Shown here in pieces: positions 10,133-18,889 of a stretch of 19,351 nt of DNA. Within the stretch, counting starts at the first letter, position 1. Each line of letters begins with the position of its first letter. The notes beneath the pieces were generated by a model. The model was not told the origin of the DNA, made no database searches, and worked only from the letters and a program-made list of their open reading frames with translations. A program made the translations under genes and the position numbers. The DNA comes from Octopus sinensis (lineage: Eukaryota). Location of the stretch: NCBI RefSeq assembly GCF_006345805.1, contig NW_021824279.1, positions 1 through 19,351 on the forward strand, written 5' to 3'.

Positions 10133-10520
10133 GGCGCAGGAGTGGCTGTGTGATAAGTAACTTGCTTACCAGCCACATGATTCCGGGTTCAGTCCCACAA
10201 AGTGGCACCTTGGGCAAGTGTCTTCTACTATAGCCTCGGGCCGTCCAAAGCCTTGTGAGTGGATTTGGTAGACGCAAATTGAAAGAAGCCCGTCATATAT
10301 ATGTATATATATGTATATGTATGTGTGTAAATGTTTGTGTGTCTGTGTTTGTCCCCCCAAAATTGCTTGACAACCGATGGTGGTGTGTTTACGTCCCCGT
10401 AACGTAGCGGTTCGGCAAAAGACACCGATATAATAAGTACTAGGCTTTTGCTCGACTAAAGGCAGTGCTCCAGCATGGCCGCAGTCAAATGACTGAAACA
10501 AGTAAAAGAGAAAAGAAAAA
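10133..10520 (+). mobile_element. Near-full-length tRNA-derived SINE with CORE-like segment and internal (AT/GT) microsatellite
   Basis: Head GGCGCAGGAGTGGCTGTGTG, B-box-like GGTTCAGTCCC at 10186-10196, CORE-like CACCTTGGGCAAGTGTCTT, internal TA/TG tract ~10295-10345, and tail GACTGAAACAAGTAAAAGAGAAAAGA. It matches from memory a very abundant octopus SINE. Confidence 0.85.
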
Positions 10521-11725
10521 AAGATAAAGATATCTGTATAATTTGATATACATTAATAAAGATAGGTTTAACACATTGAATTAACGCGTAACATCTTCAT
10601 TAACGCCGCCACAGAACTTAGGACGTTTATATTATTTATGAAGAATTCGTCTGAGTGCCATGTGATGTAAATTATCCATTTCACAGCTTTCGTAGTTACG
10701 CTGTATAGCATATGTCCAGCAAATGTATAAAGAGGTGTATATATATATGATAAGTATTGTTATATTTTGAACAATTTGATGTATTTTTATGAAGATGATG
10801 GCATTCTGCCGCGGTTGAAATAATATTAAAATAATGCTGAATACAAAGTTAAAATTGGAACACGAAAATAATGCAAAAATCTGAGAAAAAAGCAAACTAA
10901 AAATAAATAAACGAGAACTCTTTATATAACAGGAAGCAATAAGGTAAAAACTAATTAGTGTGAAGAAGAAGGAGGTTTAGGAAAGAACAAGGTAATAGAA
11001 ACGGTAAAACATCGCCATTATGAGGAACAAAGGATAAATTCAAAACGGAACTCCAAAATATTAGTGAAATAAAAATGAAGGAACAAACCTCTCTATGGTC
11101 AGGAGGTAGGGAAGTAAGCCAATATGGAAGCCAACAATAGATCAAAAGCTCTCAACTAATGGCAGAGAAACGGAAGAATATGTCTAGTCACAAATAAAGA
11201 AATGAATATATAAATAAATAAAAGAAATTAATGACACAAGAGGCTAACATCAACGGTGCATTAACGTAAACACAGAAAAAAAAACCCTCACAAAAAACAA
11301 ATAACCACATCATTTCCGGTTGAGAAGTCGTGATAAAGATAAAGTACATCCATAGACGTGTCTGTACGGGCAATATGGAGATGGCTGTATTTTAAACGTG
11401 AAAATAAATAATGGAGCACAGCAAAGCCAGTCTGGGACAATAACATGGATATGGTGCTATGGGACATATTTCTCTAGACTGGCAATAGGATCAAAAGAAC
11501 TCGGTCAAAAATTATAATCGATGCTGAATCGAAGACATCTTAATCCCATGGTGTAGAAACAGCGGTTAACAAGATAGACTAACATCTATAAAAGTTTAAA
11601 ACCTTGAAATGAAAATAACCAAAATAGTTATCCTGGAACTAATTTTTGTATCAATAATTACTTAGGGTTTAAGTTTAATAAAAACAATATTAAATCAAAC
11701 AAATTAGGGTACTTTTATGTGGTCT

Positions 11726-11990
11726 GTGGAGGCGCGTGGCTTAGTGGTTAGCGTGTCAGCATCATGGTCGTAAGATTGTGATTTCGATTCCTGGACCAGT
11801 CGACGCGTTGTGTTATTGAGCAAAACACTTCATTTCACGTTGCTCCAGTTCACTCACCTGGCAAAAATGAGTAGCGCTGCGATGGACTGGCGTCCCGTCC
11901 AGCTGGAGAACACATACGCCAGTGAAACCGGGAAACCGGGCCCATGAACCTGGCTAGGCTTTAAAAGGGTGCATTTATTTTTATTAATTT
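11726..11990 (+). mobile_element. Complete tRNA-derived SINE with 13-bp target site duplication
   Basis: TSD TTTTATGTGGTCT at 11713-11725 and 11991-12003. Perfect A box TGGCTTAGTGG at 11737-11747 and degenerate B box ATTTCGATTCC at 11781-11791. The central TTGCTCCAGTTCACTCA...CTGCGATGGACTGGCGTCCCGTCCAG segment resembles V-domain/CORE-type SINE bodies. T-rich tail. Confidence 0.92.
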
Positions 11991-12654
11991 TTTTATGTGG
12001 TCTAATGACCTACTAGAAATAACAGCCAAATCTCTTTCAAATCAACATACCATCTTAAATGAATAAATAACATTGGGTGATGTAGTCTGTGTTAGACTAT
12101 GATGCAAAACAAGTTGTGTTGGTCAATAGTGGAGTGTTTTTCTTTTTATCATAGTCCTACTCAGTTTGGACCGACTTATACAAAACAATAACAACACCGA
12201 TAACAACAACAATACATAAACAGAACAATAGATAACATAAACAAGAGTCAAAGTGGTACCATTTGACTGAAATGTCAAGAAATATAGATTTGGATTAAAA
12301 ACTGAATATAAAAGTATAATCCAACAACATCGTGGACAAAGCTGAATTTTTGTATGCAAGTGTCGGCAACGAAGTATAATGCTCTGGAGATTGCATTCAG
12401 GAAAATGTACAATGGACAGAAGAACAGCTCTAGTCGTTATAGGAGCGCTATGAAACAGGGTACTCCAAAAAGAAAATACAAAAAAAAAAAAGAAAAGAAA
12501 TTGAAGAACTGCCTGAGAAACTTTCTAAATATGGGGAGCTAGGAAGTGGTCCTATTCTACATAAAAATCTCCTCTATTTTAAAGTTACCAGTCACGTATT
12601 GCAATCAATATTTTAGAATATCGGGTAAATTATATGTATCTTTAGTAGAATGAT

Positions 12655-12737
12655 AATGATGACGATGACGATGATTGAGGTGGTGGTGGTGGGTGGTGGT
12701 GGTGGTGGTGGTGGTGGCGGCGGTGGTGTTGGTGGTG
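12655..12737. repeat. (GAT)/(GGT)n trinucleotide repeat
   Basis: Direct reading. Confidence 0.9.
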
Positions 12738-12840
12738 CTTCATAATATAGAATAACAATATTTATCAGAGTATAGGATTGGTACCATGATCCTCAAAGTA
12801 TAAGACGTATGAGAAAAATTAATGAAAGTCATCTTATCTT

Positions 12841-12884
12841 TCGACCGCGAGTCCGCTGCTCTAACCACAACACCATGTGCCTCT
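12841..12884 (-). mobile_element. SINE head fragment (same family as 4904)
   Basis: The reverse complement AGAGGCACATGGTGTTGTGGTTAGAGCAGCGGACTCGCGGTCGA shares GTGGTTAGrGCAGCGGACTCGCGGTCG with 4921-4947. Confidence 0.85.
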
Positions 12885-12959
12885 ACGGGTAATTACTTAC
12901 CCTCAGTTTATCACGAGCATTTTGTCGATAAATTTGGCTCAAATTTGAAATATTGACAA

Positions 12960-13145
12960 CGGTGGAATTTGAACCTCGATCATACAGGAACAAGCGGAAT
13001 GTAGCATGGCGTTTTATTCAGCGCCTCTACCAATATCGCCACCTAGCGGAATTTCAGCGTAGAATGAAATAAGCCAATGGTATTTGAACTCAAAACAAAA
13101 CAACGCATGGTATTTCGTCGTGCAATGCTCCGATTCTACCATCGC
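12960..13145 (-). mobile_element. Two or three juxtaposed, heavily decayed SINE head fragments (family of 3601-3765)
   Basis: GTGGAATTTGAAC (12962), GCGGAATTT (13046) and GGTATTTGAACTCAAAAC (13079) echo GCGGAATTTGAACTCAAAAAC at 3678. Confidence 0.4.
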
Positions 13146-13174
13146 AATTACAACATGAATCTCATATGACAATT

Positions 13175-13305
13175 GTGTGTGCATGCGCGCGCGTGCGTAC
13201 GTGCGTGTGTTTGTGTGTGTGTATGTGTGTGTGCGTGTGTGTATGCGCGCGCGTGCGTATGTGCGTGTGTATGTGTGTGTGTGTGTGTGTGTGTGCGTGC
13301 GTGTG
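13175..13305. repeat. Alternating purine-pyrimidine (GT)n/(GC)n tract
   Basis: Direct reading; it includes GCGCGCGCG runs and has Z-DNA-prone composition. Confidence 0.9.
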
Positions 13306-13397
13306 GATTGCTTATGATTTAATCTGAACGAAGCAGAATTAAATGGGAAAAGAGTCATCGGTGAAGTGTTGGGGGACTTAATCTAGACACAAATAAT

Positions 13398-13440
<43 letters not shown>

Positions 13441-13456
13441 CAATAATAATATAATG

Positions 13457-13493
<37 letters not shown>

Positions 13494-13517
13494 TAATAAT
13501 AATATAATATAATAATG

Positions 13518-13553
<36 letters not shown>

Positions 13554-13573
13554 TAATAATAATAATAATAATG

Positions 13574-13656
<83 letters not shown>

Positions 13657-13782
13657 TAATAATAATAATAATGATGATGGTAATAATAATGTGACGATGG
13701 TGATGATGATGATGATGATGATGATGATTATGATGATGATGATGATTATGATGATGATGATGATTATGATGATGATGATGAT
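13398..13782. repeat. Compound (CTA)n-(AAT)n-(GAT)n array
   Basis: Direct reading. Confidence 0.97.
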
Positions 13783-13904
13783 AAGAAAAAGAAGAATGAA
13801 AATATTTGTTCTTATATTGAGAATAGCATAAACATCGGAAATTGTAAATTTTCACTTTCACTTTTAGAAAAGGATCTGTATTTTGTTGAGGCCATTAGAG
13901 ACTC

Positions 13905-14075
13905 ACTTGCAAATGGCGGCTGGCAAAATCTCGGCGGATTCACTTTGCAGTTGATTACATTACCTTACATTTAATGTACTTCGTTTGTGCATTTATTATT
14001 AAATCTGCGGTTTTATGGACAGAGCTTGTCATGGCGGGTAACGTGTGACGTCATCACTCCACGCTCATTGGTTGA
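13905..14075. promoter_or_regulatory. Candidate cis-regulatory island (YY1-like, CRE, NF-Y motifs)
   Basis: AAATGGCGGC at 13911-13920, TTTATGG at 14012-14018, CATGGCGG ~14030, the perfect CRE TGACGTCA at 14046-14053, and reverse CCAAT box AACCAATGAG (ATTGG at 14067-14071). All lie in a unique, CpG-containing island. Evidence is motif matches only. Confidence 0.3.
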
Positions 14076-14470
14076 GTTGTCTCCTTGGTTTGTTTGTTTA
14101 TAGTGTTGGGCATTACAGCACAATACGGTCAAAAACCGATCACCATACTACGGTATCTTAGTAGTAGTTGTTGTATTAGTAGTATTAGTAGTAGTAGTAA
14201 TAATGGTGGTGGTGGTGGATGTGGTGATGGTTTTGGTAGTCAGAAGGAATTATGGGTAAATATTTCATTGGGGGTTCTTGTCATCGTATCTTATGATCAG
14301 GTTTAAAATACAATACTTCCATAACCTAAGCAGGTATAGTTATAAAAATACACGCATGCATTTGCACTAGTGTGCACACCTCACACACACTTATATATGT
14401 ATGTGTGTGAGCGCGTATGCATATGTGTCAGTACACATGTAACATATATGTGTATCTGTATACGTATGTA

Positions 14471-15313
14471 CGAGGTGCTATCAAAAAGTTCTCGGACTAA
14501 TTATGTTTAATAAAAAATAACTTATTTACCTAAGCTTTAACATATTCTATTTCGAAATAGTCACCTTGCGCAGCAATACACCGGTCACAGCGTTCTTGTC
14601 GATGTTGGAATCCGGCCTGGAAGTCGTTTCCCGTAAAGCGAGTCGAGGACCTTCTGCGATTCGCTCTTGAGCTCGACAACTGTGTTAAAACGTCAACCTT
14701 TGAGCCGCATTTTCATCTTGGGGAAGAGATTGAAGTCCGCAGGTACTACACCCGGCGAACAAGGCTGATGCGGAAGCGATACCATGTTGTTTTTGGCGAG
14801 TCACTGACGATTGAGGAGAGCTTTGTGACAGGGTGCATTATCGCCGGGAAGAATCCAGACGTTAGGATTGCCTGCATGTACCCATACAACACATCAACAA
14901 GCTGATAAATTTACTCCACATTTTCAGGAGTGGCGCACATGGTAGGTCTTCTGGGGACGTTCTTCCGCTTTTGAAGTGCCCGTGTCACTCGAAAAATGGC
15001 GTACGACACATTGCTTCATCAACGCAAGCCTGCCGATCCATGCTCAATGTCTCTGTAGCAGATTTCCCATGTTTAACGCAAAATTCACGTTGGCTCTATC
15101 TTCCAACTTTCTGTCCATGATAAAAATTGCAGACTACAGCATACACGTTATCACAAGAACACAAATTTCACAACTTGCGAAGTAAACACAGCGACATCAC
15201 TCGGCACACTGCTTCGTGGGGGCCACTTCTAGCTCTCACTGCGCACGTAACCGGGTGCTGCCATCTGTTGACGCGCTACAGAACTAGTCCGGGAACGTTT
15301 TGACACCATCTTA
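14471..15313 (-). mobile_element. Decayed, internally deleted mariner element (irritans-like TIR), 843 bp, TA TSD
   Basis: Imperfect 29-bp TIRs: CGAGGTGCTATCAAAAAGTTCTCGGACTA (14471-14499) versus the reverse complement of 15285-15313 (TAAGATGGTGTCAAAACGTTCCCGGACTA), 22/29 identical. TA at 14469-14470 and 15314-15315. Confidence 0.92.
14530..15118 (-). pseudogene. Mariner transposase pseudogene with stops, frameshifts and a large central deletion
   Basis: Manual translation across frameshifts: MDRKLEDRANV/FCVKHGKSATETLSM..AM.RT.FFE*HGHFKSGRTSPED.../..WILPGDNAPCHKALLNRQ*LAKNNMVSLPHQPCSPGVVPADFNLFPKMKMRLKG*RFNTVVELKSESQKVLDSL/TGNDFQAGFQHRQERCDRCIAAQGDYFE. Degraded HHDNA and YSPDLAP motifs are present. 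The TGDE region is absent. Confidence 0.92.
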
Positions 15314-15826
15314 TATGTATGTAAGTATGTATGTATGTATGTATGTATGTATGTATGTATGTATGTATGTATGTATGTATGTATGTATGTACGTATGTAT
15401 GTATGTATGTATGTATGTATGTACGTATGTATGTCTGTATGTATGTATGTATGTATGTATGTATGTATGTCTGTATGTATGTATGTATGTATGTATGTAG
15501 TACGTACGTATGTATGTATGTATGTATGTATATATGTATGTATGTATGTATGTACGTATGTATGTATGTATGTATGTCTGTATGTATGTATGTATGTTGT
15601 ATGTATGTATGTATGTATGTCTGTATGTATGTATGTATGTATGTATGTATGTACGTACGTACGTATGTATGTATGTACGTATGTATGTATGTATGTATGT
15701 CTGTATGTATGTATGTCTGTATGTATGTATGAATGTATGTATGTATGTATGTATGTATGTACGTATGTATGTATGTATGTATGTATGTATGTATGTATGT
15801 ATGTATGTATGTATGTATGTATGTAT
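15314..15826. repeat. ~510-bp (TATG)n tetranucleotide array with TACG/TCTG variants
   Basis: Direct reading; it begins at the right TA TSD of the mariner. Confidence 0.98.
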
Positions 15827-16314
15827 AAAATCAAATATATAAAAGCATTATTCATAATAATTTTTCTATCGTCTTGGCTTAACATCACTTACCGTTTCTT
15901 TTTACTGTCTTATTCTCACTGTCCTGTTCTTGTTACCACTTTCACCCCTCCGCAAAAAATCCCAAATTTTATTTAATTTGCTTTGCGGGAAGGACTGTTT
16001 CAATGAAGTCGCGTATGGTCCTTACCTTTGAAACGCGGAGTAGATGAAACAAAGACAACTGATGAAGGGGTGTATTCTTTATGTTGCATGTCTCGTTTCT
16101 CTGTCTTTTTCGTTGTTCGAAAAAAAAGTTCGTTTTCTACGTTTTCGTTTCTCATTGTGTTCAACGTTTTCTTTTTTCATGTCCTGTACCCATAGATGCA
16201 TGTATATATACATATATATGTAGGTATGTACATTTATATGTCTATGTGCATATACTTATATATTATTTATATTATTATATGATCGAACACCACGCATACT
16301 TTTCAAGTAAGTTT

Positions 16315-16343
16315 GATCTATCTATCTATCTATCTATCGATCT

Positions 16344-16396
<53 letters not shown>

Positions 16397-16445
16397 ATAT
16401 ATATATATTATATATATATATATATAGATATATATATATATATAG
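16315..16445. repeat. (TCTA)n/(TA)n microsatellite
   Basis: Direct reading. Confidence 0.95.
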
Positions 16446-16508
16446 GTAAGATAACAAAAGAAAGAAAGAGACCTCAATATTAGGAAATAGAGAAAATTTA
16501 TCTCTGTA

Positions 16509-16672
16509 AAATAATATGTGACAATTATTTGGATGCCAAGATAAAACTTTTTCTTTTTCTTTTTTTATTTAGATGGCCAGATAACCGAAGAGATGGTGGT
16601 GTGGATTTCCACCTCGGCATCCGAAACTCAGAGTTTTATCTTGCTACCGAATAATTGTCACACATATTATTT
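16509..16672. repeat. ~40-bp imperfect inverted repeat enclosing a hammerhead-like motif
   Basis: Left arm AAATAATATGTGACAATTATTTGGATGCCAAGATAAAACT (16509-16548). The right arm (16632-16672) reverse complements to AAATAATATGTGTGACAATTATTCGGTAGCAAGATAAAACT. Confidence 0.9.
16575..16645 (+). ncRNA. Degenerate minimal type I hammerhead ribozyme-like motif (Penelope/retrozyme type)
   Basis: Stem I AGATAA (16579-84)/TTATCT (16636-41), extendable to 9 of 10 pairs. Core CCGAAGA (16585-91; consensus CUGANGA, U4 to C). Stem II GATG/CATC with inner GTGG/CCAC. One extra C, then GAAA (16623-26). Short palindromic stem III AC-TC-A-GA-GT and cleavage triplet GUU (16633-35). Confidence 0.5.
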
Positions 16673-17133
16673 GATATATATATATTAATATATATATATA
16701 TATATATGGTTAATTTGTTGTGTGGAAGAAAAATATGCGACGTAAAACGAAAAATATTGAACAAGAATTCTTCATAAAAGTATTTTATTGCACTGCAGTT
16801 GTATAGTTCATTCTTAATTTGCGATCAAGGATATTAAGCAGTTCACCTTGTATTATAGAGTTTGCAGTTTCTCCTTAATATAATAATAAAGAAGTGTATT
16901 TTCACATCACTTAGTTTACAGATTCAATGCAAAGTTTTAAAGCAATGAAATGGTTGCATATCTTTAGAAATTTCAATTTCGCAATAAATATTTAATCCTA
17001 ATTTATCTCTTTAAGGCTGGCACTTAACTTGGTGTCTACAACGTTCGTTAACAATTTCGTATCTACGTAGAACAGATGACGTTTATTACATAGCGTGCAT
17101 ACGTTTAGTTTATTTACGCCATGGTAGAATATG

Positions 17134-17158
17134 GTATGTATGTATGTATGTATGTATG

Positions 17159-17189
<31 letters not shown>

Positions 17190-17306
17190 TGTATGTATGT
17201 ATGTATGTATGTATGTTATATATGCATACATACATATCATATATATATATATATATATATAAATATATAACATACATATATATCTATAAATATATGTATA
17301 CATACG

Positions 17307-17396
<90 letters not shown>

Positions 17397-17473
17397 AATA
17401 TATATATATACATATATCTGTATATATAGGAAGTCAGAGAGACAGCGAAAGAGAGGATGATTGATAGATAGAT

Positions 17474-17509
<36 letters not shown>

Positions 17510-17538
17510 TTCGATAGTTAGATAGATAGATAGATATA

Positions 17539-17601
<63 letters not shown>

Positions 17602-17610
17602 GATAGTTAG
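17134..17610. repeat. (TATG)n, (TA)n and (GATA)n microsatellite field
   Basis: Direct reading. Confidence 0.95.
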
Positions 17611-18019
17611 ACAATTGTATAGGTATATATGGACCAATTTTCTTAGAGTCTTATAGGATTATATTAACAAGAAACGGTTTAATTTAATTATGTATTAAGT
17701 GGTTAAGGTATTTATTTCTTGCTTAGATTGGCAAATATTTTCTCTCATGCTAATGCAAAGATTAAACTCATAGAAAATGTGTAGTTCGTTTCGATTGTGA
17801 TAGGAATTTGGTTTTAATATTTTATAATTAATTTAATTCAACACGGGTTTCACTTAGATTGGCTTAAATTTTCCAGCTTTTATATTCCAAGGAACTGATA
17901 CAAATTGAATTATTCAACAGATTATATATATATATACATATGTGTCTGTATGTATGTGCGTGCGTGTACATACATATATGCACACATATATATATATGAG
18001 TATAATAATAAGTATGTAT

Positions 18020-18066
18020 AATTTTTGGGACCTGAGGATTTCGTCCGATAGCTGTCCTCATCACCG
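18020..18066 (-). ncRNA. Second, more degraded hammerhead-like motif
   Basis: The minus strand reads G-TGATGA-GGACAGCTATCGGAC-GAAA-TCCTCAG-GTC-CCAAAAATT. Core order (TGATGA, GAAA, GUC) is correct, but C3 is G, stem II is imperfect and no cis stem I partner is evident. Confidence 0.3.
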
Positions 18067-18156
18067 AAGAGGAAAACTGGAAAAATCAGTAGAAAAGCAT
18101 GCAACCTCGATTTTTGCTGATTTTCAGTGTATGATGAGTATTATTTGCCGCTCATC

Positions 18157-18330
18157 ACACACACACACACACACGCACGCATACACACATAGACACTCAC
18201 ATATGCACACGCACACGCTCACACACACAAACACGCGCGCACACACACATACACACACAAATAGGCACGCATGCACGCACACACACATTATGCACACATA
18301 AACGAGCGCTCGCGTGCACACACACACATG
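18157..18330. repeat. (CA)n/(CG) microsatellite
   Basis: Direct reading. Confidence 0.95.
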
Positions 18331-18444
18331 CAAATCATATGTGCTGTTTACGTTTATGCGTCGCTGTGCATCTGTATACGAGGGTGCCTATGACTAGACA
18401 CGGGGAAATTTTATCGAGACCAGGATGTAAAGAGGAGAGGGGAG

Positions 18445-18710
18445 TCAGATGAAGAAAGGAGGGAGTTGAGCTCATGTGTTGCTAAGAAAGAAGTTTAATT
18501 CCTGTTCACAGTGAAGGTGGGAGTCCGAATGCCCCTTGTGCAAAGATAATCCGAACACAGATAGGTATTGTAGTGAATGGCAGATAGAATGGAAATGGCA
18601 CGAGACCGGCGAGTCATTGTGAGTTTCATGTCTCGGAGGTGCTCCGCAAACCGGTCAGCCAAGCGGCGTCCCCGTTTGACCGATGTACAGAGATGGGCAT
18701 AAAGAGCAAG
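18445..18710 (-). mobile_element. Penelope-like retroelement remnant: GIY-YIG endonuclease C-terminus (frameshifted)
   Basis: Manual translation across 1-nt frameshifts: ISCSLCPSLYIGQTG/RRLADRFAEHLRDMKL/NDSPVSCHFHSICHSLQYLSVFGLSLHKGHSDSHLHCEQELNFFL.../HELNS..... This shows the YIG.TGR.L..RF.EH motif, the HF..H segment, the conserved E(Q) and the terminal (G/E)LN typical of Penelope-type GIY-YIG domains. Confidence 0.85.
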
Positions 18711-18791
18711 ATATATATATATATATAATATATATTATATATATATGTTATGTGTGTGTGTGTGTGTTTATGAATAAATAGATGGTTTTAT

Positions 18792-18822
<31 letters not shown>

Positions 18823-18830
18823 GCGTTTAT
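18710..18830. repeat. (AT)n/(GT)n microsatellite
   Basis: Direct reading. Confidence 0.9.
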
Positions 18831-18889
18831 GCGCGTGTAGGCATGTATATCTATTAAAAAATACTTCACATACACATACGCTATATGTA

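Noticed and set aside
9020-10176. Poly-His, poly-Met, poly-Ile and MYVC-repeat ORFs
   Set aside because: Products of (CAT)n and (TATG)n arrays in all frames; not evidence of coding.
10950-11600. Possible decayed LINE reverse-transcriptase/C-terminal sequence (W..GHIS-like words near 11450-11480)
   Set aside because: It needs multiple assumed frameshifts and shows no convincing motif.
12400-12600. QWTEEQL-like peptide suggesting an HTH or homeobox fragment
   Set aside because: In-frame stops follow immediately and the similarity is too short.
15229-15976. Overlapping 110-219 aa ORFs
   Set aside because: Entirely (TATG)n-derived.
15975-16110. Possible third hammerhead (AAGGAC..GGTCCTT stem, GAAACG at 16030, CTGATGA at 16059)
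   Set aside because: The core elements are not in a workable arrangement. The stem/GAAA lacks an upstream CUGANGA, and the CTGATGA lacks a downstream stem II and GAAA. It may be PLE-related debris but cannot be supported.
18377-18388. TACGAGGGTGCC resembling a mariner TIR start
   Set aside because: No partner TIR or transposase sequence; it lies in the 3' flank of the PLE remnant.
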